A DNA stretch of 64,000 nucleotides, from positions 1,364,001-1,428,000 of the forward strand of contig JBHGNT010000013.1 in the NCBI GenBank assembly GCA_043228905.1, in the 5' to 3' direction. The translations under genes and the position numbers were made by a program. Shown here in pieces: positions 24,431-38,575 of this stretch. Origin of the DNA: Azolla caroliniana. Its lineage: Eukaryota; Plantae; Polypodiophyta. Numbering within the stretch: the stretch's first letter is position 1; the number at the start of each line of letters is the position of its first letter. A model generated the notes under the pieces. The model was not told the DNA's origin, searched no databases, and saw nothing but the letters and a program-made list of their open reading frames with translations.

Positions 24431-27400
24431 GGGAGATGAGTGGAAAACAACATTTCGTACTCGGTATGGTCATTTCGAGTATACAGTCATGCCTTTCGGG
24501 CTCACAAATGCACCTGCCGTATTCCAACATATGGCAAATGACATCTTCCGGGATTTCTTGGATATTTTTCTAATCATCTACCTAGATGATCTATTGATTT
24601 ACTCTAAAACACAGGGGGAGCATGATATACATGTGCGGCAAGTACTTGAACGCCTAAGGAAGTATGGTCTTTACGCCAAACTTGAGAAATGCAGTTTTGA
24701 TTACAAACAAGTCGAATTTTTGGGATACACTATTTCATCCCAGGGTGTTTTCATGGACCCGACAAAAGTCCAAACAATATTGGAATGGAAACCCCCATGC
24801 TCAGTTCGGGATGTCCAGTGTTTCCTCGGATTTGCGAACTTCTATCACAAATTCATACATAATTATTCAAGCATTGTGTTGCCCCTTACTCAACTCACCA
24901 AGAAAAATCAAGCATTTTTTTGGAGTATCGAAGCGGACAAGGCTTTTACGAAGCTGAAAGAGGCATTCACATCAGCACCCATCCTAGCACATATTGATCC
25001 TGAAAAGCCATTTACTATTGAGGCGGATGCATCAGACTTTGCATTGGGGAGTATCCTATCGCAACCAGGCGAGGATGGGCAAATACATCCAGTCGCGTTT
25101 CACTCGAGAAAGTTTACTGTTTCGGAGATAAACTATGAGGTGCATGACAAGGAGTTACTAGCTGTGGTCGACTCATTTGAGCAATGGCGTCATTTTCTAG
25201 AAGGATCACCTCATCAGATTATCATTTATAGTGATCACAAAAATCTCACATATTTTCAAACAGCTCGAGTATTAAATAGACGACAAGCTCGGTGGGCCCA
25301 ATTTCTAACGCGTTTCGATTTCAAGATCATTTTTCGCCCCGGAAAACAACAAGGGAAAGCAGATGCTCTGTCTCGGCGTTCGTATCTAGCACTTCGACCT
25401 GGAGATCCGGCCTTTGACAATCAAAAGCAAACTCTCCTCGGGCCATCAAAGCTACAGGTAACAACAATTTATGCCACACCACTTGATTCTACCCTTCTTG
25501 ACAGTATTCGGCAACAACTTCATTAGGATGATTTTGCTAAGGATGTCTTAGCCCACTGTGGTTCAAGACGTCGATCTTGCTCGACATTGCCAGGGTCATC
25601 TCAACATTATTAGGACTTCAAGTGGCAAGATGGTTTACTCTTCTACAAGAATCTCCTTTACGTCCCCGACGGATCACCCCGACTTCAAGTGTTGGAACAT
25701 TGTCATGATGCCCCCATGGCTGGACATTTTGGTATTTCCAAGACCATTGAGCTGGTGAAACGTTCGTTTTGGTGGCCTCACTTGCAAAAAAATTTCGAAG
25801 ATTATGTTCGCACTTGTGACACCTGTTGTCGCGCCAAAATACCCCGGCATCACCCTTATGGCTTACTACAACCATTACCCCCTCCCAACAAGCCATGGCA
25901 GTCTATTTCTATGGATTTCATTACGGATCTGCCACCTTCCAAAGGCTTTGATACTATTTTAACAGTAGTGGATCGGTTCACCAAGATGGCACATTTTGTC
26001 CCATGTGTAAAGACCATCAATAGTGAAGAAACTGCAGATCTCATTATGCGTGAAGTGTTTCGCCATCATGGTCTCCCAAATGATATTATTAGCGATCGAG
26101 GTCCTCAATTTATCTCACACTTTTGGAAGCACCTATGGCAGGCCTCAAAATCTCTTGCAAACTCTCTTCGGCTTATCATCCACAAACTGACGGACAAACA
26201 GAGCGCACAAATCAAACGCTCGAGCAATATCTTCGATGTTTCATTAGTTATCAACAAGATGATTGGAGTAAAATTTTACATCTTGCCGAGTTTGCATACA
26301 ACAACACGGTCCACTCTTCTACCAAAGTTACACCTTTCTTTGCCTACACCGGCAACCACCCTCGATGGTGTATACTGGATCTTCCTGAGGTGTCACGAAA
26401 CCCTAGTGCGGCGCATCACCTCCACCGACTACAACAAATCCAGTTCGAGTTATCGTCACATCTTCAGAAAGTGCAAGCACACCATAAGACCAATGCCGAT
26501 CGAAATCGTCTTAAGTCTCTATTTAAGGTTGGTGACCGTGTATGGTTGCTTCGTCGTCACATCAATACTACCCGACCGTGTGCTAAGCTTGACTATCAAC
26601 GCTTAGGTCCTTTTGTCATCACGGCGCAGATTAATGATGCAACATTTCGTCTTAACCTTCCTGCACATATGCGGCTTCAACCTGTCTTTCATAGCTCTCT
26701 TTTGGAACCTTGCCACACCTCTTTAATTCCTGATCGTGTCGTGCCACCACCGCCTTCTGTACAACTTGTGGACGGCCCCGAATACGAGGTAGCTGCTATT
26801 CTCAATTCTAAGATTGTGTGCAATAAGCTTTATTATCTAGTTGATTGGCTTGGTTATCCTCCGAGTGATCGCACTTGGGAACCCATCGATAACGTTTGCA
26901 ATGCTGAAGCTCTGGTCAACGACTTCCATCGTCACTATCCAAACAAGCCCGGCCCAACCATGTTAACGCCGACTTCCACTCGGCGTTCTCGAAGGAGGGA
27001 TAGTGTCATGAACACATGAACATTATGGCGTCACCCGGACTTGAACCTCGAACCTTGTAATTCATACTTGAAAACCTCAACCATTAAGATAGCTTATTGT
27101 TATATGAAAAAATAAAAGCTACTTCTTGTATTACATTGATTATTGTAAAAACTCTAGATTATTCTAGAATGTTCTAGAATGTCCTAGAGCATTCTAGGTC
27201 TAGAACATTCTAGAACATTCTAGAAATCTCTAAGCTATTCCATAGGAACCTATAAATAAGCGCATACATGTACTCTCAAATCAATTCGAATCAACACCAG
27301 TCTTTAGCTCTCATTACATATCTTGTATCCATTCTCTTTCTTTCTCTATCTTATACATCCATTCTTCTCTATCCTTCTTCCATCACTCTATCTTTTATCC

Positions 27401-30400
27401 TTGGTTCTGACAGGTACTCCATGTCCTATCTGGAGAGACCAAAAATGTAGTTTTTCACGTAGTGTGGGAATTACACTACGACACTCGCCCCCTCCTAACC
27501 CGCACATCCTCTGGTATGTGCTGAAGTCCCCGATGCTTGCTATTCACCTTCATCCGAAGCTTCATCCGAAGCTTCCTCCGATTCTCCCCTTAAGTCGACT
27601 ATGAGTTCTAATCCACTTTCTTCGCTTTCCGCATCACCGCGATCTTCATCCGATTGCTGCTTCTGGTCGGTCTTGTCTAGGATCACATAGGGTTCTTCAT
27701 CAGTCCGCTTCTTGAAAATCTTTACCCGTTTCCCGGCTATAGGCACTCGTAGCATCGTTCCATCTAACTCGCATAGTCAGTAAGTTCCATTGTCAAAAAC
27801 TTTCCGAACCTCATATGGCTCGAACCACCTTTTCGCGAACTTCCACATCGTTGTATGTTGATGATCCAAACTACTGTCATACACAATCACCCAATCTCCT
27901 TCTTCAATCTTCCGCGGTCGTAGTCGGTGCTTTGTGTCGAACCGGCTTTTATTCCGGAATCGCGCTTCTTGTTATCGGCGTATTGCTTCTGCTATGTCTT
28001 CTGGTCTTCCTTCCAGTTGTCGTATCCAGACCGCTAGTAGTTCTTCCCAGCTCATCTCTTCCTTCCATGGTAGCATTGTCCATGTCGCGATTGTGGTTTC
28101 CGTCGGCATTACCGGTGCTTGTCCGGTCATGAGTTCTACCGGCATGTAACCGGTTACGGAGCTATGCGTCGCCCGATCCGCCCGTAGTGCATACGGGAGC
28201 ATCTGTGGCCAATCCATCACCCTTCCGTCACATGCTTTGGCAAGTGCTTTGACGATCGGACTATGTCCTCGCTCGACCTTCCCGTTAGCTTCCGGATTAT
28301 ATGTTGTTGTTAGTGTTAACCGAACTCCATGTTTGGCGAAGAATCCCGTAGCTTTATCGGAGTAAATTTCTCCCCGATCCGCAATCACTTGTCCTATGCA
28401 CCCGTACCTACAAAACACTTCTTCCAAAAGGAATTGGCATACCGTAGAACACGTTTTCCTCCGTAGCGCCCAACCTTCTACTTGATTTGTGAGATCTTCC
28501 CGAGCTAACACCAAGTACTTCTTTTGTCCGATCCCGGTTGGCATGGCTTCAATGTCGACCATCCATTTGAAGTTGATTGTCGGTGAGAATGTCGGATGTA
28601 ACTCATCTCGGTGTCGAACTCCGGAGTAGATTTGACACTTCTCGCAGCTTTTCGTGAACTCTGCTATATTTTTGTACATGTTCTTCCACCAATATTTTTG
28701 CTTGATCATCCCAAATGTTGCCCATGTTCCTCGATGTCCAGCCCAATCGGATTCGTGAAATTCGGACATTATCCAGTTTCGTTGCTCTTTCGTCCCGACT
28801 ACTCGAAGTGGTATGCCATCCGGTCTTTTCGGCTCCCTCCATAAAAATCTATTTTTCAAGAAGAACTTTCAGACTTGCCGTTTCTTACTTTGGATCTCGG
28901 CTCTCTTCTCTTTATTGTCCGATGATTCCTCGATTTCTCGTAGCATTTTCCTGATCAACAAGCTTTCTCCCTCGTATTCTTCTTCCCGGAATTCTTGGAT
29001 TATGTCCACCCAGCATATGTGCTCCGAAGCAAAGTAGTCTTCGGAAACTTCTTCATTATCGGATTCGGTTATGTCATCTCCGAACCGTGCCCTTGACAGC
29101 ATATCCGCTACATCGTTGTCTTTTCCGGAGATGTGTCTTACCTCCGGATTAAGTGACTTAACATATGCAATCCATCTTAGCATAGCCACATCCGGTATCG
29201 TGCAACACCGCATCATCCCGTGTATCGGAAGACAATCCGTTTTGATCACCACTTCGGCTCCGATCAAATAAACTCCATCCGATTTGATTGCCGACACAAC
29301 TCCCCATAATTCTCTTTTAACTTGTGCATATCCGCGTTGCCTTTCGTTGAGAACCTTTGCTCCCAATCGGATCGGATATCGCGAACCTTCTGGATCGGCT
29401 TGATTGATGACCCATCTGATTCCGGTTCGACTTGTGTCAACTGTTACTATGATCGGTTGGTCATAGTTCGGCTTCTTTAGTGCTTCTGCCCTCCGTAGAG
29501 ATTTCTTGAGCTTCTTCACGGCTTTGGTATGCTCCGGTTTCCATTCGAACTTCTTCCCCTTCTGCAACAAGTGATAAAGCGGGTCCGCAATATGTGTGTA
29601 GTGCGGAATCCATATGTGGTAGAATGCACATGCTCCAAGAAACCTTCGAACTTCGGATTGTGACTCGCATACTTCTTTCATAGCTTCAATCGCATCGATC
29701 TTGGTTGGTGATGGTCTTTGGCCGTAGGGCCCACATAGATGTCCGACTACCAATATTTCTTCTTGTCCGAATGCCGATTTCTCTCCGGAAAGTGTTAGAT
29801 GCACATCTTCTAACTTCCGTAACACTTTCTCACAATCACGGATATGGTTGACTACAAACCTTCGGCATCCCCGTTCATCCATAGCTTCATCTTTTTCTTC
29901 CACCGCACACCCTTTCATCGGAATGTCATCTAGGAACGACATCGTTATCTCCGGTATGCAATCCCGGAGCACCTTGTTCATCGCATTCATCATATCGGAG
30001 TTTGTCACTGAGTTCGTCGCGCCTTGTGGTAGCGTACACATCCGGACTAATCCTATCGGTGTCCGCATGGTAGTGATGTCTTGGCTATTCACAGCTAGTT
30101 GGAATTGGTGATATCCGGAGTATAGGTCTTCGATGGAGTATATCGCACGACCGGCAAATGCTTCCACAAATTCGTCCACTATCAGACCGACTCCGGAGTT
30201 CCAGATTGTGACCTTGTTTACTGGTTGCAAATCTTGAATAAATTGGAGTGACCCATTCTTCTTCGGAACCGTAAACCATCGATTTGAGTACGGAGCATTT
30301 GATGGCTCTAGAATCCCCATCACCACCTTCTCCTTGAGCACGTCGATGATTTTCGGAATATGTGCCCGTGGCACCGGAATCAGCTTCAGGTTCCACGACA

Positions 30401-32740
30401 TATGGTCAATCGTGAAGATCACCATCGGCTCCACTATCTTCGGGTCAGCGCATCCTATTTCTTTCGATGTAAATGCAAATGCTCTCCCATGTCGCTCTAG
30501 CATCCTACGGAATCGTTCTTCTTCATTCTTTAATAGGAACCCACCTCCACCGATCCGAAGTTTCTTCCGGGTCTCATCCGTGACGGCATGTCCGATATCC
30601 ATGGACTTCCGAAGTGTCGGATCCCTCAAGACTTCTTTCCTCTTTTGTTCACTATCTACGGGTAACGGTCCCGCGGCCGGTCTCACTTTCTTCTCCACGG
30701 TCTTGTATTTCGTACTTACTAGTGCTTCTTCGTTGCGGAGCGCATCCGGCCCCATTTTCACAATAATCTTGTACATCTCGACCGACTCCACCGGAATTAC
30801 CCGATTTCCCTGGATTGTATCTTCCGCGAGCTCTTCAAGCCGTTGTAGTGTGTTCCCATAGAACACCTCTTCGACTATGCCCGCGATTTCTTCGTCTTCT
30901 TTTATTATTGATGCCAACCATAACTTATCCTCCACTTTTCGGTATTCTTTCTTCATTCCTCCGGTTACGGCCGTGTACGTGGATGCCCCATCCGAACCGA
31001 TTCGTACTTGTTTTGCACCGAGAGGTTTCTTCCTGTGTGGGGTATCAGGGCTTCTCAGACTATCACTTCCCCACTCCGCAACAGTCCGCTCTAAAAATCC
31101 ATTCTTGTTGGGGATAGTCCTCGCACCGTTAGGAATTGGACGGATTTCCCTCCGTTTTGGCTCCGAATTCGTGCAAAAGCTGCACCACTATCGAGCACCC
31201 CCATCTCCATCCATGATGCTGTGATAAATGGTTGCCTGAGGATCACGGAATGTGAGACCTCATTTTGTACAAAGAAATTTTGGTCGATCTCGACATCCCC
31301 GATCTTCACCGTCACATCCGAACAAGCCGCAAATAGATCTTCCGTTGCTTTAGTGACCGCCCGGATCTTCCACCCATGATTCATGTTAATAGGCCACTTA
31401 CCCTTCCGGTAGAATTCCTTGGACATCAAGTTGATCTCCGATCCATGATCAATCAATGCTAGCACGGGTTCTTTGATGTTACCGATTCGGACCGGAGTCT
31501 CTGTAGTTGCGCGTGCCCAGTGTGGCTTTGTGTAGTGAGAATTCGGTATTTCGCCATCCAATTCAGTGTCATTCATTAGAACGGTATTTGCATTCACCCT
31601 TGGAGCGTTCTCCTCTGTACTTTTCCTTTTTCTCTTCACGAGATCCACAAGAAGGTCGTGGAACTCCTTCTTCGCTATTCCGAGTAATTTTCAAAGCGAA
31701 AAATCTACCCGGCTATCGAGGATTCTCTCCTCGAACACCTTTTTCAAGTCCGTTTATTGTTCGATCTCCGAGGCGAGCTTGAATGCCGGAATCATCTTTT
31801 CTTTTCCCTTACCTCCGGAGTTCCAGCTTTCCGGTGTCTTTGACGGACCGGCTGCCTCATCCGTGCGCCGTCGCTTCTCATCTACATACACTTCATGCAA
31901 TTGGCATAACGCAAACACGCTATTCTTATCGACAGAGCACTCCCATCCTATAGCTTCCCGGATGCCTTCCGCGGTGCTTCGGATCTTGTTAGAGTCGGTT
32001 TTCTTGGTGTTTTCTAGCACTTCCAGCCAAAAAGACACCTTTGCTCCCGATGACTCCCCGACACATATTCCCGCGGTTGTCGCGTAATTGTTCTTCGCCG
32101 CTATTTCCTCCTCTAGGATCTTCTTCATGCCGCCTTTCCGGAAATTCGGTCGGAGTGGCTTCCGAGAGTCCATCGAATGAATCTGATTTCCCTCGTAGTA
32201 GATAAGATCCTGTCGTAACGCCTCCTTGTGCTCGTCGCAATCCCTCCGATCATGTTTGGTGCTATCGCACCATATGCATCGACGGTCCATATACTTGGAA
32301 CTTGTGGGACGGTCATCCGACTTCTTCACCATCGCGATTTTTAGATTCTCCATCTCCTTCAACAACTGCTCCATAGTAGTTGCGTCGATTCCCTTCTCAG
32401 TGGTAGCTTCCCGAACCCGCGGTTGATGGTCTTCCGATCCGGATCTTGGTTTCGGAATCAGTTCCGAAACCCTCTTTTCTTCGTTGGCAAGCCATTGCCC
32501 CCTCTTTGTGTATCGCGCGACGATATCCCGCACACTTTCCCATGTTTCGGTGAGGCCACTCTCGGTATTCGTGTCCTCTAGAAGCACTCCAAGATCCTTC
32601 CGGTCCCGGACGTCTACGGCTCGTAAGAACATGATAACTTTGTCCGGTGCGAGGATAACTTGATCTCTCGCAGACAACCTCCTGAACCGACTTTCGAATG
32701 CCGAAAACACATCGAGGACCTTCATCCCCTTGTCCGGCGT

Positions 32741-35700
32741 TGTCGTAGTGTATTTCGTACACTACGTGAAAAAGTAAAAATAATATAACCGATTTAATTA
32801 CATATAAATAAATAAAATAATATATCAAGATATTTATCACGTGCATAAGGCAGGATTCGAACCATGTACCTCCACGTAGCCAAATCTCAACTTTACCATT
32901 ATGCTACCTTATCTTTAGTGTTCTATAAATAGATTTAATAACTATAACTTCTTTATTTGCGCCTACCTTTATTAAAAGGTAAATCATGTATTTTTAGTGT
33001 GCATGAACATATTAGAAAAAAAAAGCATGTAGCTATGCTTAGTCTCTCCCATCACTACATAAGGATGGGGAGCACAATGTAATAGGTGTGTGAAAAATAT
33101 TTGGGAAATTGGATATATTTCCTAAAACACCAACAATCAATAAAATATACTCGTGGGATTCACGAAGTTTAAGATAATCTATCTCTTTCAATCTAAATTC
33201 ATATTCTTACATAAATATTGATTAATGTAATACTTGTGGGATTCACAAGATTAGCCTCAAATTCTTCCTCCTCCTAGTCCAAAACCCCGGTGGTTCCCAC
33301 CCGACTCACGCAAACGATCCGGAGCCGAAAGGCACGACACAGTTGGTGAACCCGACGTGAAGGCGGGTGGCAAGGAGATGGAGAATCAACAAGAGGCGAT
33401 GAACATGATGATGATGATGTTCGAACGGATGCTACAAGAACAACGAGCGATGTCGGAGATCACGGCGGTAGTAAAGCGGCTCGTACAACGAAACGGGGAA
33501 TTCAACGGTAAGGGTGTGTCACGCTACCTACGTGAATATAAGGCGGAGATGATGCAATATCGGATACCGGAAGGATTGCAAGTGATATCCTTTAACCGGG
33601 TGGCCTCGGACGAACTACAAGAGAGAATCCACAAGATACAACAACAAAACTCGACATGGGAGTCCTTTGAAGAAGCTTTACGAGAGGCATATGACTACGA
33701 GAGATCGAAGGGACGAGATCGACGAGAATTCGACGAATGGGTGGCGTCGGAGAAGACTCACCGAAGTGCAACACAAGCGTTCCTAGAATTCGAGCATCGT
33801 TTTGCTCGACTCTCGGAGCGGGAACGAAGATTGGTGGGAGGAGATAAAGTCTTAATGTTCGTAAGATCGATCGATCGGAAAGAAAGGATGGACATCGGGA
33901 TCGAACTCGAAGATGATGACGGTGCGAACGGTCTTACCGAGGATTGGGCCAAAGTCGAAAGGGTATGCCGAAGACATGATGAAAGGAAGCTGAGAATCTC
34001 GTCAACAACGACATGGCCCATGAAGGATGGTCGATTGAGGAAAAACGATGAAGCCAATATGAAGGCCGAAATACAACATGATGGTACCACGGGAGAAAGA
34101 GTGGAACAAGACACCCACTCGTCTTGTGAAAGAACGATGGCGAAGGATAAGGCCGATAATTCAAGTGTAGAAGGAAATTTCGGGATACAAGTGCCCGAGA
34201 CATCGGGTCAAAAAGGGGTAAGCATAATAGATGTTTGCATAATTGATGCAGATAAAGAGTGTGAAGCGGATGTGATTAAGGAGGTAGCCACAAAAGACGA
34301 AATCGAATCGGAGGTGGCTATGGACGAATCAATGGCGGATTGCCATATCGAGACTTCCCCACCACTGATTCCAGAGACTCCGGCGGTTGCGATCGAAAGG
34401 CAACGTGAGACCGAAGAGACGGAAGGTGGCGGAGAGAAAACGAATGTCGAAGCCAACGAATACGATGAAGAGATAGCCGAGAAGAATGCTAAGGGTGAAA
34501 CTACGAAAGAAGGTAATACCGAGGATTCATGCCAACAATATCTAGAGACTTCGGCGGTTGTGTCCGAGAACCAACGTGAGACCGGAGAGACGGGAGATGG
34601 CGGCGAGGAAGGTAAAGTCGGAAGTCGGTTCGGATGGAAAATGATCCATCCGAAATTCCAATCTAAAAGAAAGTGCGACAATGTGGAGGTCGGGTCTACG
34701 ACGGGAGAAGCGCGTAATACAGAGCACGCTCTACGGCGAATAAAGAAACGCGTGTTATGGCGAATAAAGAAGCACACGCTACGGCGAGAAAAGAAGCATG
34801 CATTACAACCACACGAGGACCGAACAACGAGCACATATCGGAGGACCTACGTGGCGAACAACGGAAAGAAGTGCCGAAAGTCGAACCGGACAAGGCAGAT
34901 GAAAACGAAGAAAAGAAAGCAAATCCGGACGAAAAGAAAAGAAAAGAAACCGACCCGAAAGAGCACTGAATCGGTAAAAACCAATCAACCGAGTCCGGAT
35001 CGACCGAATACAAATCGGAAAGGAAGCCGAACTAGACGAAAGACGATCCGACGAGATCGAATCGGAAGTAAGCTAATCTGACTAAACCGAAAATCCGAAA
35101 AGAAGTCGAGATTGATGAAGAAAAGAAAGAGGGCAAGAAAAGATACTACCGCGGGTGACAAGGACCAAGCGGGCCATGCAAAAAGCGAAAGAAGACTATG
35201 GTGGATCGGATATCGACAATGGTTCGGGTGGAAAGAATGGATGTGCTCCAAATGGAGAGACAAAGTCAACATAACAAGAGAAGTCGAGGGTACTACGAGC
35301 CGGCAACGAAACCAATCGGGTAGAGACCGGACGGAGGAGACTAACAAACACCAACAACTTCGGCACATACCGGAGGATGTGCGGGTTTGGAGGGGGCGAG
35401 TGTCGTAGTGTATTTCGTACACTACGTGAAAAAGTAAAAATAATATAACCGATTTAATTACATATAAATAAATAAAATAATATATCAAGATATTTATCAC
35501 GTGCATAAGGCAGGATTCGAACCATGTACCTCCATGTAGCCAAATCTCAACTTTACCATTATGCTACCTTATCTTTAGTGTTCTATAAATAGATTTAATA
35601 ACTATAACTTCTTTATTTGCGCCTACCTTTATTAAAAGGTAAATCATGTATTTTTAGTGTGCATGAACATATTAGAAAAAAAAAGCATGTAGCTATGCTT

Positions 35701-35999
35701 AGTCTCTCCCATCACTACATAAGGATGGGGAGCACAATGTAATAGGTGTGTGAAAAATATTTGGGAAATTGGATATATTTCCTAAAACACCAACAATCAA
35801 TAAAATATACTCGTGGGATTCACGAAGTTTAAGATAATCTATCTCTTTCAATCTAAATTCATATTCTTACATAAATATTGATTAATGTAATACTTGTGGG
35901 ATTCACAAGATTAGCCTCAAATTCTTCCTCCTCCTAGTCCAAAACCCCGGTGGTTCCCACCCGACTCACGCAAACGATCCGGAGCCGAAAGGCACGACA
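32741..35999 (+). mobile_element. Gag-only non-autonomous LTR element E3 (TR-GAG-like), tRNA-Trp family
   Basis: 599-bp LTRs at 32741-33339 and 35401-35999 (one difference noticed); TSD GCGT; PBS 33344-33361; PPT GGAGGGGGCGAG; no pol. Confidence 0.95.
33378..35081 (+). CDS. E3 gag-derived protein with acidic middle and Arg/Lys-rich tail; TGA at 35079 (CGA in E4) truncates it
   Basis: N-terminal ~230 aa are homologous to E2/E1 gag (GEFNGKGVSRYLREYKAEM..LEDDDGANGLTEDW). No Zn knuckle seen. Confidence 0.8.
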   Translation: MENQQEAMNMMMMMFERMLQEQRAMSEITAVVKRLVQRNGEFNGKGVSRYLREYKAEMMQYRIPEGLQVISFNRVASDELQERIHKIQQQNSTWESFEEALREAYDYERSKGRDRREFDEWVASEKTHRSATQAFLEFEHRFARLSERERRLVGGDKVLMFVRSIDRKERMDIGIELEDDDGANGLTEDWAKVERVCRRHDERKLRISSTTTWPMKDGRLRKNDEANMKAEIQHDGTTGERVEQDTHSSCERTMAKDKADNSSVEGNFGIQVPETSGQKGVSIIDVCIIDADKECEADVIKEVATKDEIESEVAMDESMADCHIETSPPLIPETPAVAIERQRETEETEGGGEKTNVEANEYDEEIAEKNAKGETTKEGNTEDSCQQYLETSAVVSENQRETGETGDGGEEGKVGSRFGWKMIHPKFQSKRKCDNVEVGSTTGEARNTEHALRRIKKRVLWRIKKHTLRREKKHALQPHEDRTTSTYRRTYVANNGKKCRKSNRTRQMKTKKRKQIRTKRKEKKPTRKSTESVKTNQPSPDRPNTNRKGSRTRRKTIRRDRIGSKLI

Positions 36000-38419
36000 G
36001 CGTTTCTACCCAATCCTCAAATCCTCTCCACGTTGCCTTGGAGGAGTCCTATATAGCGAACGTGGTCTTTAGCGCCTCTTCAAACGCTTCCCACGTCGGA
36101 TTTTGTTGTCGTAGCCCATGGATACTGCTTGAAGCCGGTCGGTAGCCACCCGGTTGAAGGATGTCACTTGCAGTCCTTCCGAAATCCCACACCGTAGCAT
36201 TTCCGCCTTGTAGTCCCGGAGATAGCGCGATACGTCCTTTCCGTTGAATTGTCCGATCCATTGCACGAGCCGCTCTACTGCCGCCACTATCTCTGACATC
36301 GCACATTGTTCTTGAAGCATCCGCTCAAACATCATCATCATGTTGTTAGCCTCCAGTTGATTTTCCATCTCCTTGCCACCCGTGTTCACGTCGGGTTCAC
36401 CACTTGTGTCGTGCCTTTCGGATCCGGATCGTTAGCGTGAGCCGGGTGGGAACCACTGAGGTTTTGGACTAGGAGGAAAGAAAATTCTAAGGCAATTAAG
36501 AATATGAAATATATTGTAAGAAAGAAAGATATGAAAACCTCGTGAATCCCACGAGTATAGTGTATTAGTGAGTAATCAAATTAAGAGAGAAAGAATAGTT
36601 AGCAAATTCGTGAATCCCACGATTATCTTATATTAATCAACCCTTGTAAAATAATCAACAACCTCTATACATCTTTCTCTCTTCCTTATATAGTGTTGGA
36701 AGAGTCTAAGTTTATCCCATGCAAGCATCATGCTTTTTCTATCTTTAGTTTTCATGCACATTGCATGTGCATGATTAGCTTTCTATCTCATCTTTTCTTT
36801 TAACTCGAGTGTCTATGCATGAATAACTTTTGTACCATGCATGTCTAGAAATTTTACATGGGATAAAGTTTAGTATAACTTTAAAATTCATAATACCCTA
36901 CTATAATGATAAGGCTTAACATTATTAACATGGAGGTGCAAGGTTCGAATCTTGCCCTATGCATGTAATATATATATTTTTATACTTTCTTCTATTTACA
37001 AATATGTCTCTTCATCCGATGAGAGACTCTCACCGGCCTTCTTCATCTGGCTCTTTCCGGTTCGGCTTCATCCGGTGCTTGATAGTTTTCTTTGTTCGGT
37101 TCTTACCGGGACCTCCTTACCGATCTCTTTGTCCGTTTCTCACCAACTCTCATCGGCCTTCTTCATCCGGCTCTTGCCGGGTCTCCTTACCGGTTTCGGT
37201 CCTTACCGGTTCCTTCTTCCGATTCTCACCGGGTACTCCATGTCCTATCCGGAGAGACCAAAAATGTAGTTTTTCACGTAGTGTGCGAATTACACTACGA
37301 CAACGTAAGGTCCAACCGACCTATTATAAGCCAAGCATCCCACCAAGTGCAAGGCACTCATCATTGACATCTTTGGGGAGCCTCCGCATATGCGGCAAGC
37401 ATGTCTTCTTCTGGTCCATGCCATCTATCATTAAGCACATGTATTGTTCGGGCCTCTTCAAACACTTCTCTCTATGATGCATCGCCTTCTTTCGTTCTAA
37501 CGATTGTGGCTCACGATGCTCTTGTAGTAACTTCTTACTCATATCCTTTTCCATTGATGTCTTTGCACCTTTAGCCAAACTTTTAAGATTTGCACAAATG
37601 GAGCAATACCCTATGCGTACTTCACGTGGAATGATAACATTTGAAAACCGAGCTCTCCATAATCTTGTGAATTGGCTATAGGTGATAGACTTATTACGTG
37701 AGCCCACCATATCATATCGATAGACATCATAAACTTCCCGATGTGTATAATTATTAGAAAGGTGCATCCTACTTGTAGTGGGCATTACTTCACAATTTAA
37801 CTGAAAGTAACTTTTCATCCAACAATAGCATGTCTTCCAATTGCACCTTTCATACTTGGAACCTCTTTACAATTGTGCATTTGATCCTCGCTAAGTAGAC
37901 CATGTTACTAACACATAACGCAATTTTGAATGTAACTCTACATATCTGTTGCACATGGAAGATATAATACTCGAATGATACTTTGATCCCCATACATTTG
38001 TCAGATACTAGTTGCATATGTGACCCGAGGTAAGTGTCTTGCTCATCACCAGTCATCGAAAAATAGTATCACCTTAATTCTCGCAACTTTGATTTTCCAA
38101 TCATAGACATACAACCACAGGCACAGCATATTTTTTTTGACATCAAATCCAATCTGTTTATCTGATGTCACCAAGCTAAATCTAGCCAGACGAATCCTTC
38201 GTCGGATTCTTCTAATATGCATAGGGCTTCCAGATTTCTCTTCCTGCATAGAGGTTGGTGTAACCTTGTTACAATCTAATTCTTTCTTGTGACCATCGCC
38301 AATGTTATTCGATGTTTCATTGGCACTACCTTCATTCTCCGTATCTTTATTAATATCGTATTTTTCAATAGAGAACTCTTCACATGTGTCATTATTTACA
38401 TTCCCTATAGCTGAAGATG

Positions 38420-38575
38420 AGCTCAGACAATATTCTTCGATAGAATATGGTGAGTCTGTCGACAGACAATATTCTTCAATAGAATATGGGGAGTCTGTCG
38501 ACAAACAATACTCTTCAGTAAAAAACGATGAGTCTGATGACAAAAAATATTCTTAAATCGAGAACGGTGAATCTT
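38420..38575. repeat. 39-bp tandem repeat (3-4 copies) in the transposase N-terminus (EEYCLSTDSPYSI)
   Basis: AGACAATATTCTTCRATAGAATATGGNGAGTCTGTCG repeated. Confidence 0.8.

Larger units (their letters stand above)
16644..27019 (+). pseudogene. Tcn1-B gag and pol (protease, RT, RNase H, integrase, chromodomain), interrupted by copia and point stops
   Basis: Gag with CLYCGGPGHIAIHC; protease LLDTRAN; RT YLDD; RNase H EADASD; integrase ISMDFITDLP / ISDRGPQF; chromodomain EYEVAAILNSK..YLVDWLGYPPSDRTWEP. Confidence 0.93.
16159..27412 (+). mobile_element. Tcn1-like chromovirus B, full structure
   Basis: 409-bp LTRs at 16159-16567 and 27004-27412; TSD GGTAC at 16154-16158 and 27413-27417; PPT GAAGGAGGGATAG at 26991-27003; no tRNA PBS. 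Confidence 0.95.
27540..36368 (-). pseudogene. E2 gag-pol (gag, Zn knuckle, protease, RT, RNase H, integrase), interrupted by E3
   Basis: CIWCDSTKHDRRDC knuckle; LIDHGSEIN protease; LPQG and FLDD RT motifs; RNase H; H..GH/CEKC and D..D..E integrase motifs. Split into several ORFs by stops and frameshifts. Confidence 0.92.
15346..37302 (-). mobile_element. tRNA-Trp-primed Ty3/gypsy element E2, full structure, degenerate gag-pol
   Basis: 5' LTR 36407-37302; 3' LTR 15346-27483 (split by Tcn1-B); PBS 36385-36402; PPT complement CTCGCCCCCTCC at 27484; 4-bp TSD ACGT at 15342-15345 and 37303-37306. Confidence 0.93.

Noticed and set aside
33357-33377. GTG start codons inside the PBS for the E1/E3/E4/E5 gag ORFs
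   Set aside because: An artefact of alternative-start ORF calling; in-frame ATGs follow shortly.
37293-37302. CACTA (En/Spm) termini suggested by CACTACGACA next to a transposase
   Set aside because: This is the end of the gypsy E2 LTR (also at 27483, 50029, 54945, 57785). The real DNA-transposon ends are the AACA..TGTT TIRs with a 4-bp TSD.
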